From: Candidatus Aenigmatarchaeota archaeon
GTDB taxonomy: Archaea; Aenigmatarchaeota; Aenigmatarchaeia; CG10238-14
Assembly: GCA_026414305.1 (NCBI GenBank)
Contig: JAOAJH010000001.1
Location: forward strand, 101,543-165,542
DNA: 64,000 bases
Direction of reading: 5' to 3'
The translations under genes and the position numbers were made by a program. Positions within the stretch are counted from its first letter, which is position 1. Every line of letters starts with the position of its first letter. The notes below the pieces were generated by a model, which was not told the DNA's origin, searched no databases, and saw only the letters and a program-made list of their open reading frames with translations. This document shows, piece by piece, positions 8,913 to 18,928 of this stretch.

Positions 8913-10274
8913 TTATATAGAAATATTAATTTTTAAGCTGACAACATCTTTGTATTTTTCATACTCACTATCAAAATATTCCTTTAGAATTTTTTCAAAT
9001 TCCTTGCCAAAAATTTCTAACAATTCTCTCAATTTTTTAACTTCATACTTATTTTCAAATCCGCCATGTATGAGCTTGTTCATGTTTCTAAAATACACAA
9101 GTTTCCTGATAATCTCTGAATTTTTCTTAAAAAAATGATCCAATTTTTTGTGATTCAAGGTATATATTATGGCTAACATTTCTTTCAAATATATCATAGA
9201 ATTTTTCATTATTTTTTCTGCATCTTCTATTTCAATTTTTTTCTCGTTAAAAGCAGAATTTGCATAGTTTTTTATTATATCATTATACTTATTACCGAAA
9301 ACTTCAAAATTTTTAGTGTCTTTTGAAAAACCATAGTCATTTTCCAGAACATATTCTATGAATTTTTCAAATGATCTAAACAGAAGTATTATTGCTTCAT
9401 TGTTTTTACCAATATTATGTTTTCTTTTGTAATTTTCAAATAAATCAAAAATAAAAAATATTTTTCTTATTTTAATATCATTTGATGAAAGTATGTTTAT
9501 TTTTTTGTTAACATTTTCTTTAAGTTTATTATCACTTTTTATTTTTTTCTCGGTCTTTTTCAATATTTCTAATGATGTTTCGTAATCAAGTTCATCCCAA
9601 AACATAAAAGCTCTTGAAATACTTTCAAAAACTTCGGCTTTTGCAGAAATTTCATAATTATCAATATTCTTGCCAAAACTGAAATTCAATATAGCTTCAT
9701 TAAAAATACCTTTGTTAAAGTTTTCAATACCTTTTTGTATATACATTTTGTAGAAAGTATTTATTTTGTCAAAATTAAATTCAACTTCTTCCATTTCATC
9801 GTAATTACATAGAGTGCCTTTTTTCGATCTTTCCGCTTTAACAAAAAATATTCTTAGTTTCCTTTTTCTATCACTAAAATAATATGAAAAAACTTCAAGT
9901 GAACAAAATATAGACATGAATTTAGTACCATTTGTTATATTGTATACTATTTCCAAATTATAATCCAACCCGTCTATAATTTTTGATATTTTATTTCTTA
10001 TATCGTTCTCATCGAACTCGTTTACTTTTACAAGTTCAAAATCAGAAAATCTACTCCATTTTTTCTTTATTATTTCTGCATAAGGTTTTGTTTTTTCACT
10101 ATGAATTAAAAAAACTTTTTTTGGGTACTTCTTTTTTTCAACTATTATTTTATGAAGCATAAAGCTAACAGACTCGTTTATTTTTGTTTTTTCATTTTCT
10201 AAAAAATTGCTTATTTTTTCTTCATTTATCCCTTCGAAATCACCTATATTTGCTAAATATACATACTCCTCCAT
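8913..10274 (-). CDS. CARF-helical-HEPN type III effector RNase (TIGR02710/Csm6-like)
   Basis: CARF motif YNITNGTKFMS; helical middle (FWDELDY, LFRSFE); HEPN RNMNKLIH (R-x6-H); inside the csm operon. Confidence 0.8.
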   Translation of the reverse strand: MEEYVYLANIGDFEGINEEKISNFLENEKTKINESVSFMLHKIIVEKKKYPKKVFLIHSEKTKPYAEIIKKKWSRFSDFELVKVNEFDENDIRNKISKIIDGLDYNLEIVYNITNGTKFMSIFCSLEVFSYYFSDRKRKLRIFFVKAERSKKGTLCNYDEMEEVEFNFDKINTFYKMYIQKGIENFNKGIFNEAILNFSFGKNIDNYEISAKAEVFESISRAFMFWDELDYETSLEILKKTEKKIKSDNKLKENVNKKINILSSNDIKIRKIFFIFDLFENYKRKHNIGKNNEAIILLFRSFEKFIEYVLENDYGFSKDTKNFEVFGNKYNDIIKNYANSAFNEKKIEIEDAEKIMKNSMIYLKEMLAIIYTLNHKKLDHFFKKNSEIIRKLVYFRNMNKLIHGGFENKYEVKKLRELLEIFGKEFEKILKEYFDSEYEKYKDVVSLKINISI

Positions 10275-11225
10275 TCAATTCACCAAATCCAATTTAACCC
10301 AACCTAAAGGAACTTCATTTGAAGAAACAAAAGTTTTTGGGAATGGTGTATAAGTATGCCCTTTGATTAAATATTTCCTTTCTTTAAATCTTAGTTTTAC
10401 TAAGTCTGGATCATTAATTTCGTAAAAAACACCTAAACTTTTTGTATAAAAACCACCACCAAAACCTATATGTAAAAACAAAGATTTTTTAATATTATTT
10501 TTAACATTTTTTAATATATTTTTCAAATTTTTATTAAATACATCATATTTATAACTTTTTTTAATCATATATTCTAGTGCCATTATGTAGAAATTGTTTA
10601 TTTTGTAAATAAAATTTTCTATATCGTAACTATTGTCAATTTTTATTTTCAATTCCAAATTTTTGAATGAAATAACTTCTCTGTTTTCAAGTTTTGCTTC
10701 TTTCCCCATACCAAGCCTTTTAATTCTTTTAATTTGACTTTCAAAATCTCCTTCTATATCTGATATTTCTATATTTTTAGTTTTGTTGAAATTGTATATT
10801 TTTTCTCTGATTTCTTTATCTGTATTATAAATTATATCACCATAAAATGGTTTTCTCATAGCACCCTTAATAGAGCTTCCAGGTATATAAATTCTTCCAT
10901 TAGAATGTCTTATAAATGTAAAGACTTCTGATGTTATATCCCCATCTGCTTTAATTCTGTACTTCAAAAAATTCATTATATCATCTTTTTTAATATTAAA
11001 TTCTTTAATTATGCCTTCAATACCAGAACTAAAATTTTTTTCAAATTTTAAAATGAACTCTCCAAGATACCTTTGTTTTGGTATTAAAAAATCTATAATT
11101 TTTCCCAAATCAAAAATATGTAAATAATCGTCAATTTTCATATATTCAAGTTTATTAAAACTTTCACCGCTGCTTATATGTATTGGTGTAATCGAATTCA
11201 TCAAAAATTTAATTTTCATCATCAA
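10275..11225 (-). CDS. csm5: Type III-A RAMP Csm5
   Basis: TPIHISSG, YIPGSSIKGAMR, IGFGGG, PLGWV. Confidence 0.92.
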   Translation of the reverse strand: MMMKIKFLMNSITPIHISSGESFNKLEYMKIDDYLHIFDLGKIIDFLIPKQRYLGEFILKFEKNFSSGIEGIIKEFNIKKDDIMNFLKYRIKADGDITSEVFTFIRHSNGRIYIPGSSIKGAMRKPFYGDIIYNTDKEIREKIYNFNKTKNIEISDIEGDFESQIKRIKRLGMGKEAKLENREVISFKNLELKIKIDNSYDIENFIYKINNFYIMALEYMIKKSYKYDVFNKNLKNILKNVKNNIKKSLFLHIGFGGGFYTKSLGVFYEINDPDLVKLRFKERKYLIKGHTYTPFPKTFVSSNEVPLGWVKLDLVN

Positions 11226-12135
11226 TCACCACGGGTATTGTGAATGCCTTTCCGAACCTGTATATTACTTTTTCATTTAATTTTTCCTCTCTTATTTCAC
11301 CTTTTACATTTCCTTTAAATAAAGAACCTTCAGACAAACCTATTATATTGGATTTTCTTTTAGAGTCAAAATAAACCCAGCCCTTTCTTTCTATTAGCTT
11401 GTATGAATGCAGTTTTCCATAATCATCTTTTGACGGAAAAACTACTGATAAATTTACATAGTTTGAAGAATTTTGGTTCATATCATTAAAACCATCAAAA
11501 TCTTCTATTTCAATTCTTTCTATTTGACCAGCACCATTGCTTATTTCACCACCTATACCAAAATTTTTTATCATATATATACTATCTTTTAAATCATCAC
11601 TCAACTCACCGTCAATAATAAAAAAGAAGAATACATCATTTTCCAATCTAATATAAGAAACGCTATATAACTTTCCTTCTTCTGCCAAAGATGTTGTTTT
11701 GTCTATACTTACCTTTTCTTCAACATCTTCATAAAACAATTTTATGTCATCGCCCTCATTATCTAAATAAATAAGTGATTTTGAGTTGTTTGTTTTTATT
11801 GCACTGCTATTTTTTATTGCACCTAAACTAACCATTTTTATTTTTTTACGTATTTTTCTATCAGATTTTAACTTTTCCGGCAGTTTAAAATTTAGATAAA
11901 AAGGGAAAAATAGAACATCCTTACCATTTGATTTTATACCGTAAAACAATGATGTTATTTTTGGAAAATTCCTAACAAAATAGTCAATATTGCTTTCTCC
12001 ACATTTTCTTATATGATTTATAACTAAACAAGAAAAAAGACTGTCACTATGGAATATATAGTCATTTATATCTAATCCTAGGTAACCGAAATGAAATTTA
12101 GCATTTTTGTGCGGATACAATTTTACTATTTTCAT
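11209..12135 (-). CDS. csm4: Type III-A RAMP Csm4
   Basis: FHFG, HSDSLFS, GIGGEISNGAGQ, EGSLF. Confidence 0.92.
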   Translation of the reverse strand: MKIVKLYPHKNAKFHFGYLGLDINDYIFHSDSLFSCLVINHIRKCGESNIDYFVRNFPKITSLFYGIKSNGKDVLFFPFYLNFKLPEKLKSDRKIRKKIKMVSLGAIKNSSAIKTNNSKSLIYLDNEGDDIKLFYEDVEEKVSIDKTTSLAEEGKLYSVSYIRLENDVFFFFIIDGELSDDLKDSIYMIKNFGIGGEISNGAGQIERIEIEDFDGFNDMNQNSSNYVNLSVVFPSKDDYGKLHSYKLIERKGWVYFDSKRKSNIIGLSEGSLFKGNVKGEIREEKLNEKVIYRFGKAFTIPVVIDDEN

Positions 12136-12734
12136 TTATTTACCTTTTTTTCTAAATCTTCAATAATTTCGCTTACATCAACTTTCCCATAACCTCTTGA
12201 ACCGCTGCCACCCAAGTAGTTTTCCTGAAGTAATTCGAAACCCTCTTTTACCAAATTTATTATTTCTCTTTTGTTATCTTTGTCAAATATGTTGAAAACT
12301 ATCTCTTCGTTAAATTCTGTACCAGGAACAACTCTTTCAACTAATCTTGGTTTTGCTACACCCATTTTGTCTATAGTGTTTTCAGGTTTTATTTCAAACA
12401 CATTTTGATTACTGTTTTCTATGAAGGCATCTCTAAAAATAACACGTGTTGACATTTCCTCGTTATTTTTTTCTTCTTCTTTCTTTGACAAACCCTTTCC
12501 AAATACCTTATCTATTAGTTCTAACATTTTATGATCTGATTCGTGTTTTTTTGTTAAAAGATATCTAATTTTACCTTTTATGCTACTTCCTGGTATGTAA
12601 GGCTCCTTATCTCCATTTATTTTTATTACTGGATTGTCAACCCCACCTATTTTAAACGATTCTTTTATTCCGCCTATGTGCAATCCAGTAACAACTTTAA
12701 TTCTACCATTAACTTTTACTATTTCTTTCAACAT
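12132..12734 (-). CDS. csm3: Type III-A RAMP Csm3
   Basis: TGLHIGG, IGGVDNPV (catalytic Asp), PYIPGSSIKGKIR, YLGGSGSRGYG. Confidence 0.97.
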   Translation of the reverse strand: MLKEIVKVNGRIKVVTGLHIGGIKESFKIGGVDNPVIKINGDKEPYIPGSSIKGKIRYLLTKKHESDHKMLELIDKVFGKGLSKKEEEKNNEEMSTRVIFRDAFIENSNQNVFEIKPENTIDKMGVAKPRLVERVVPGTEFNEEIVFNIFDKDNKREIINLVKEGFELLQENYLGGSGSRGYGKVDVSEIIEDLEKKVNK

Positions 12735-12738
12735 TTAA

Positions 12739-13128
12739 TCAACCTCCATAGTAAGCTAATAATCCTTCAAAAAATTTTCTAAATCTCTCGTAATTTGATT
12801 TTTTTGGGTTGTCCATAATATGTTCCAAAAGTCTCATTGTTTGTCTTGAAAATCTATTATCAATTACTTTTCTATTTTCGGCATATTTTAACATAATCAT
12901 GAGTTTTGCTACATGTGATTTTATTTTATTTTGATCTTCAAGGTTATCTTCTTTTATGTTGCATATTTCATCATAGAACTTTCTTATCTGACTTTTTGTA
13001 CTATTGCCTAATTTGTTTTTTAGACTTTCCAGATGTTCTATGAATTCCTTTGGATCCTCTGAATCAAATATAATTCTCTTGTCAAAAAACAATTCATTCT
13101 GATTTTGGTACTTATTCTGATTATCCAT
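12739..13128 (-). CDS. csm2: Type III-A small subunit Csm2
   Basis: TKSQIRKFYD, LKYA..R, FFEGLLAY. Confidence 0.93.
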   Translation of the reverse strand: MDNQNKYQNQNELFFDKRIIFDSEDPKEFIEHLESLKNKLGNSTKSQIRKFYDEICNIKEDNLEDQNKIKSHVAKLMIMLKYAENRKVIDNRFSRQTMRLLEHIMDNPKKSNYERFRKFFEGLLAYYGG

Positions 13129-15532
13129 TCATTTCACCTCTATATCTTTTATTCATTTCAGCCAGCTCTGCTGCTAGCTTGAAACACCTTATTTTAAATA
13201 ACATTTCGTTATATCCTTCTTCTGTAAGTGAATTTGAAAATATACATTTTTTCCATATTGTGAAGATTTTTTCAGAAACATTAGGTGCATTTCTTTTCAA
13301 CATATAATTCATTATATATATATTTGGTATTATTTTTTCTTTTTCTTTTATATTTTTTTCAATGAAATCTAATGTTTTAGAAGATATTTCTATAAGTTTG
13401 TGTAATGTGACTGATGAAATGCTTTTTTCGTTTATCTTTTTATTAAGATAATTAGTTAATCTTACAAGAAATTCAAAATCATTTTTCATTTTATTTTCAT
13501 CAACATCTGTCAATGCATCTGAAAAGAAACCTTTTTCAAAATTATCAAAATATTCCCATCTTATTATATTCCCATTTATGGAAATGCAATTTTTTTCTCT
13601 TCTAGCAGATTTAGCTTCTTTTAAATCATTCTCCATTATTTCGAATATTTTTTTTATAGGAAAGCTTGTATCGAAAATTCTAAAAGACGCTGATATTGTG
13701 AATTTTGGATTAAATCCAGTATAAATTTTGAAATAATTATATATGTCATTAGCAAAGTTTAGTACACTTGCAAAATCACCCACTAAAAAACCATCATCAC
13801 CACCAGAGTATAAAATATAAACACTATCTTTGTATTTTTCTTCCCAAATTCTATTTATTATACCCTCAAAGAAAAGACTTATATTAAAACTCAATGAAGA
13901 ATACATAGAGAAACTTATTTTATATCTACCCTCCTTAGCAAAATTCGTTTTAAATATATCACCTAAATTGTCTACATCAAATTTTAATACACCCATTTTT
14001 TTTGATTTACAAATTTCACTTAACTCTAGAATAGTGTTATTTTTTATAGGCATCCCAGTTGTTATTATTTCGAATGGAGAATATGGGGTCAAGCTTATTT
14101 TACCGTTGAAAAACAGTTCGTCAACATCATCAAAAATAAATATTTCTTTTCTTTCTAATTTGGGAAAATTAAAATTTTCTTGAGCTTTTTTTAACATATT
14201 TTTTATATATTGTATTTGATTACATGATTCACATAGAGAAAATTCATCATCACTTTCTTCTATTTCTGATTTACAAACATCACATGAGTCATATCCAGCA
14301 TATTCTGCTTGAAAGTTTTTTTCAATTAAAATTTTTTCAAATTTTCTATGTTTGTCCTGTAAAATTCCTGTATTTTTTTGTAGTCTATTATAAAAGTTTC
14401 TAAAATCTTCTGTAAAATCTCTAGGAGACATTTCTGTATATGTTAATCCAAAAAACAATTTTGTTCTGAACATTTTAAATAAAGAGTCATTAATTTTTTC
14501 AAAAAGGTTTTTTGCTATTTGCTTGTTTCTTTCATTGTTATCACATATTATTTCAAATGAACCCCCACTGCAATATATTAGGTTAGTTTCTGGCAAATCT
14601 AACTCTAAAAGTAGTTTTTGTGCAGCTATTTTATTAAGCAAATTTATGTAGAATGACCTTGCTTTTAGAAACTTTGCAGCTCCTTTTGTTGAGATCGTTG
14701 AAATAAAATCTTGTATGCCAGATATATCTCCCTTTAAAATGAGAATAGATTTTTTGTTATATTCTTCATCATTTAACAGATCAATTGGTATTGGTTTTTC
14801 ATCCTTTTTATACATGAATATTTCTCTCATTGTTTTTTTTAATTGAGCTAAATTTTGTTTTGAATTTTTATAGTATCTGTATATTACCAAAGACATTCCT
14901 GCAGATGATTTAGAATGATTAAATAAATCTATAGTTGGTTGAGAATAATATGATGCTGATGGAATTCTGAATGCATATTTTTTTAAACAATCTAGAACGC
15001 ATCTTATATAATATCTCCTTTTTTTTTCAAGATTTTTTGAATCTTCGTCATCGTCGATGTTAATTCTGTTTATTAAAGACATTTCTCTTATGAAGCCATA
15101 ATACAAATCTCTTTCAATAGTACCCATTTCATTTTGAACTATTTCATCCTTTTTAGGTTTTTCAAAAGAGATTGATTTTGGTTTGAATCTCACGTCGCTG
15201 TTAGAATCACAATAAATTTCAAATATAGATATTATAGGATCCTTTCTAACATCTTCTGATGTAATTTCAGTTTTTTTATCTACATCTTCCCTTTCTTGCG
15301 ATGTTATCCAGTCACCTAAATCAATATAATCTTTTATACCATCATCAAATATATCAATAGTTATTTTATTTGTTTTGAATTTGCAATCCCTCTTTACTTT
15401 CAAAAAAAGTTCTTCATGGTTCACAATCCTTTCTTTAATTTTACATTCATCTAATGTATGTGTTCTTTGATAGAATTTGCCAATATCATGTAAAAGAGAA
15501 GAAAGAACTATTGACAGTTCATGTTCATCCAA
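13121..15532 (-). CDS. cas10: Cas10/Csm1 with intact GGDD palm (cOA synthase)
   Basis: LLHDIGK, GDISGIQDFI, LKARSFY, CDVC..CESC, DVDNLG, YSGGDD. Confidence 0.98.
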   Translation of the reverse strand: MDEHELSIVLSSLLHDIGKFYQRTHTLDECKIKERIVNHEELFLKVKRDCKFKTNKITIDIFDDGIKDYIDLGDWITSQEREDVDKKTEITSEDVRKDPIISIFEIYCDSNSDVRFKPKSISFEKPKKDEIVQNEMGTIERDLYYGFIREMSLINRINIDDDEDSKNLEKKRRYYIRCVLDCLKKYAFRIPSASYYSQPTIDLFNHSKSSAGMSLVIYRYYKNSKQNLAQLKKTMREIFMYKKDEKPIPIDLLNDEEYNKKSILILKGDISGIQDFISTISTKGAAKFLKARSFYINLLNKIAAQKLLLELDLPETNLIYCSGGSFEIICDNNERNKQIAKNLFEKINDSLFKMFRTKLFFGLTYTEMSPRDFTEDFRNFYNRLQKNTGILQDKHRKFEKILIEKNFQAEYAGYDSCDVCKSEIEESDDEFSLCESCNQIQYIKNMLKKAQENFNFPKLERKEIFIFDDVDELFFNGKISLTPYSPFEIITTGMPIKNNTILELSEICKSKKMGVLKFDVDNLGDIFKTNFAKEGRYKISFSMYSSLSFNISLFFEGIINRIWEEKYKDSVYILYSGGDDGFLVGDFASVLNFANDIYNYFKIYTGFNPKFTISASFRIFDTSFPIKKIFEIMENDLKEAKSARREKNCISINGNIIRWEYFDNFEKGFFSDALTDVDENKMKNDFEFLVRLTNYLNKKINEKSISSVTLHKLIEISSKTLDFIEKNIKEKEKIIPNIYIMNYMLKRNAPNVSEKIFTIWKKCIFSNSLTEEGYNEMLFKIRCFKLAAELAEMNKRYRGEMNG

Positions 15533-16292
15533 TATTTATCACCGGATTCATGAATCCAAAGCCAAAACTGCTTCTCTCCCCAAATCCTGCTTCTATAGCA
15601 AAACTTAATAATTTTTTCTTTTTTGGATTTAAATAATTGAATGAAAATTCCCAAATTGATCCCACATAAACCCTTTCAAACCCTTTCAAAATTATTTTAT
15701 TGTATACCATTTTTTTGAATCTAGCTTCGTCAAAAATATTGTCAAAACCATTTTTTTTATTATAAAATAAATTATATTTCTTTTTCAGGTTATCCTCAAG
15801 ATGGCTGATGAATGATTCTATACTATATTTGCTTCTCCAAAAAACATATATAGGCTTTCTATCTTCTTCAGGTATATTGAATTTTGAATAATTTTTTTCT
15901 GGTATTCTCAATAATATCGGAGTTGCAGATATTAATTTCAAGTTTTTTTCTTGTAGTTTTAATTTTAATGTTTTGGTTTCATCTATTAAAAATTCCATTT
16001 CACCAAAATTAATGCTTTTTTTATTTTGAGTATAATCATCTATTTTTTCTTTGATGATTTTTATAAAAACTTTATCTGGAGATGATATTATTAGATTTCT
16101 TGTATCACCTTCTTTAATATCACCTATGGGAAATATGTTAGAAAAGCAAAAATACTTGAAGGTTTTCTTATCATGCAAAGATTCATAATCTGTCCCTATC
16201 ATGAGGTTGTAAATAAATTCTTGAATTTTATGATTATACAATACATCATAATTTGAGTTTTTGGTGGATTTCAACCTTAGAAGTAGTCTCAT
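15525..16292 (-). CDS. cas6: crRNA-processing endoribonuclease Cas6
   Basis: LHD...FKYFCFS, TPI, C-terminal GFGERSSFGFG. Confidence 0.97.
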   Translation of the reverse strand: MRLLLRLKSTKNSNYDVLYNHKIQEFIYNLMIGTDYESLHDKKTFKYFCFSNIFPIGDIKEGDTRNLIISSPDKVFIKIIKEKIDDYTQNKKSINFGEMEFLIDETKTLKLKLQEKNLKLISATPILLRIPEKNYSKFNIPEEDRKPIYVFWRSKYSIESFISHLEDNLKKKYNLFYNKKNGFDNIFDEARFKKMVYNKIILKGFERVYVGSIWEFSFNYLNPKKKKLLSFAIEAGFGERSSFGFGFMNPVINIG

Positions 16293-16327
16293 TATTATTA
16301 TATTGACGTTAAAATAGTAATTTTTTA

Positions 16328-16401
16328 TGCGTCAGGCGGGATTTGAACCCGCGCCGTCGGCTTGGAAGGCCGATATCCTAACCAGGCTAGACTACTGACG
16401 C
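16328..16401 (-). tRNA. trnG: tRNA-Gly(TCC)
   Basis: GCGTCAG/CTGACGC acceptor stem, CT-TCC-AA anticodon loop, GGTTCAAATCC T-arm; CCA not encoded. Confidence 0.97.
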
Positions 16402-16434
16402 ATGAAAATGTTTTTGTTAATCAAAAATAAAGAT

Positions 16435-16911
16435 TTATTGCTTGTACCCTATCTTCCTCAAAAACTCTTTTCTTTTTTTGATATCTTTCTCCTCTTCAAT
16501 TCCTTTAGGCTTTGATCCATCCACAACCCCTAGTATGCCTCGGCCTTGCTCTGTTTCTGCTATTAACACTTGTAATGGATTTGCTGTGGCAGCATAAATG
16601 TTTACAATTTCATCCACTTGCCTAAGCTTTGCCAGCACATTTATCGGATAAGCATTTTTGATGAAAATTATAAACGAATGTCCACAACCAATCTTGAATG
16701 CAGTTTCGGCAGCCTTTTTCCGCAACTCTTCATCATTTCCTTCGTGCCTCACAAGACAGTCGCCACTGGCTTCACAGAAGCCAACACCAAATTTTATGTT
16801 AGGTACAGCTGTTACAAGAGCTTCATATATGTCTTCAACTGTTTTTATGAAATGACTTTGGCCTAAAATGACATTGCAGCCTTCTGGTATTTCTACTTTG
16901 ACTGTCTCCAC
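16435..16911 (-). CDS. Adenosine-specific kinase family (DUF355/PAE2307-like)
   Basis: [38 protein letters not shown]; GTG start after GGTGA. Confidence 0.92.
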   Translation of the reverse strand: METVKVEIPEGCNVILGQSHFIKTVEDIYEALVTAVPNIKFGVGFCEASGDCLVRHEGNDEELRKKAAETAFKIGCGHSFIIFIKNAYPINVLAKLRQVDEIVNIYAATANPLQVLIAETEQGRGILGVVDGSKPKGIEEEKDIKKRKEFLRKIGYKQ

Positions 16912-16915
16912 TTTA

Positions 16916-17341
16916 TCACCCCTTTAAGAATCTTGCTATTTTTCTATATAATTGATCAATTTGTCCTTCAGCATATCTTCCTCTTGGCGGATTAAAGTTC
17001 AAACCATCATTTGCAAATCTAGGCACTATATGCACTTGCGGCTCATGAAAGATGGTCTTGTTTGCATTTTTTCCTTCAAATAAAAATAAATTAAAGCTGT
17101 CTGTATCTACGCCTTTAAGAACAGCGTCAGCAACTCTGGCAACTGTTTCAAACAACTGTATTCTATCCATGCTTGGTATTTTGAAAAAAGAGTCATAATG
17201 TTTTTTAGGGAAGACAACTGTATGCCCTGGTGTTATTGGAAATATGTCTAAAACAGCTACAAACTTTTGATCTTCAAACACTTTGTGCGATTGTATTTCA
17301 CCTGATACAATGCTACAAAATACACATTTCTTTTCCTCCAT
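16916..17341 (-). CDS. HIT family protein with degenerate triad (HEPQVH)
   Basis: [27 protein letters not shown]. Confidence 0.88.
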   Translation of the reverse strand: MEEKKCVFCSIVSGEIQSHKVFEDQKFVAVLDIFPITPGHTVVFPKKHYDSFFKIPSMDRIQLFETVARVADAVLKGVDTDSFNLFLFEGKNANKTIFHEPQVHIVPRFANDGLNFNPPRGRYAEGQIDQLYRKIARFLKG

Positions 17342-17851
17342 TTACGCCACCTCAAAATGTCTTTTAATCCAGCTGCTATCTTCTTTTACAATCTCTTTTA
17401 CAGCTGGTTTTTCTTCTTTTACAACAGGCTTTTCAACAACCTCTTGTTTTTCAGGTTTTTTCACATCAACCTGCTTTATTTTTCTAGCCAATTCATCAAG
17501 CTCAGAATCATTCAATGTCAAAGGTTTGTTTTCTATTAATGGTATTTCTTTCTCATAAACAGGATAAACCCTTATGTGTGCATGAGGCACTTGAGAAGGC
17601 ATTACAGACATAAACACAGCTAGAGGCTTTAATGATTTTTCTATTTTTTCCTTTACAATCAAAGCTGTGTGAAAAGTCTCTTTGGCAACCTCGGCATCAT
17701 TTTCAAACTCTTCTATATGCTTTTTTGGTATAACCAAGCACATGCCCCTTGATCTTGGCGTTATATCCAGAAAAGCGACTGTTTTTGAGTCTTCATAAAC
17801 TATTCTTGTAGCAAGTGACTTGTTTGCAATTGAGCAGAATATGCAATCCAT
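17342..17851 (-). CDS. HIT family protein (HAHIR triad) with K/E/P/V-rich tail
   Basis: CIFC, AFLDITP, LVIPKKH, QVPHAHIRVYP. Confidence 0.88.
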   Translation of the reverse strand: MDCIFCSIANKSLATRIVYEDSKTVAFLDITPRSRGMCLVIPKKHIEEFENDAEVAKETFHTALIVKEKIEKSLKPLAVFMSVMPSQVPHAHIRVYPVYEKEIPLIENKPLTLNDSELDELARKIKQVDVKKPEKQEVVEKPVVKEEKPAVKEIVKEDSSWIKRHFEVA

Positions 17852-17957
17852 TGAAATCTATTTATTTTTTAATATTTTAAACATTTGAGGACATGAAAAT
17901 ACTTAAAAACCAAAACATTATAAATATTCACATCAAATTTTGTGAAAGTTGGTAAAA

Positions 17958-18923
17958 ATGGCAGCACCAAAGAGACCGAGAAGAGGTTCTCTTGCATTTT
18001 ATCCGAGAAAAAGGGCAAAAAGAATTTATCCCAAGATTAGAGGAAGAGCTAAATCAGACAAAGTCAAACCTTTGGAATTCTGTGGCTATAAAGCAGGCAT
18101 GACAACAGTTGTAATGACAGATACAAGAAAGACAACACCTACAAAAGGCGAAGAGATAACAACGCCAGCAACAATAATTGAATGCCCGCCTTTGAAAATT
18201 ATAGGCGCTAGGCTTTATGCTAACACAAATTCTGGTTTAAAAGCTGTAAAAGATTTGATAGCAATTGATGCTAAAAAGGAAAAGTATATTGGCAGAAAGA
18301 TGAAATTAGGTGAATTCAGGCCAAATGAAAAGCTGGAGTTTGCTGAAAAGAACATTGACAAAATAGCTGAAATAAGCTTGCTTGTAAGAACAAACCCTCA
18401 TGTTTCTAAATTAAAGAAAAAGCCAGAGATTTTTGAGATAGACATAGGTGGCAATGATGTCAAGGAAAAGCTTAAGTATGTCAAGGAAAATTTGGGCAAA
18501 GAAATAAACGCTTCTGACATTTTTAGAGAAGGCGAGTTTGTTGATGTTATAGCAATCACAAAAGGCAAAGGCACACAAGGTGTTGTCAAAAGATTTGGCG
18601 TAAGATTGCAGTTCAGAAAGGATATGAAACATCACAGACAAATCGGCACTTTGGGCTCACAATCTCCTGGTAGAATAAGATGGACTGTTCCTAGGGCAGG
18701 ACAGCTAGGATTTTTCCAGAGAACAGAATTCAATAAAAGAATATTAAAAATAGGAAACGATCCTAAAGAGATAAATCCTAAATCAGGCTTTACAAATTAT
18801 GGCATTATAAGAAGCAATTATTTGATCTTACAAGGATCTGTGCCAGGTCCAAAGAAAAGGTTGATAGCTTTGAGGCCTGCAGCAAGATCAAAAATAGGCT
18901 TTTTGCCAGTAGAATTAAAGTGA
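17958..18923 (+). CDS. rpl3: 50S ribosomal protein uL3
   Basis: PRRGSLAFYPRKRA, GYKAGMT, TKGKGTQG, GSVPGP. Confidence 0.98.
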   Translation: MAAPKRPRRGSLAFYPRKRAKRIYPKIRGRAKSDKVKPLEFCGYKAGMTTVVMTDTRKTTPTKGEEITTPATIIECPPLKIIGARLYANTNSGLKAVKDLIAIDAKKEKYIGRKMKLGEFRPNEKLEFAEKNIDKIAEISLLVRTNPHVSKLKKKPEIFEIDIGGNDVKEKLKYVKENLGKEINASDIFREGEFVDVIAITKGKGTQGVVKRFGVRLQFRKDMKHHRQIGTLGSQSPGRIRWTVPRAGQLGFFQRTEFNKRILKIGNDPKEINPKSGFTNYGIIRSNYLILQGSVPGPKKRLIALRPAARSKIGFLPVELK

Positions 18924-18928
18924 TATAG

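Noticed and set aside
16435-17851. HIT/DUF355 genes as bona fide CRISPR ancillary genes
   Set aside because: Separated from cas6 by tRNA-Gly and host-like in composition; kept only as a separate finding
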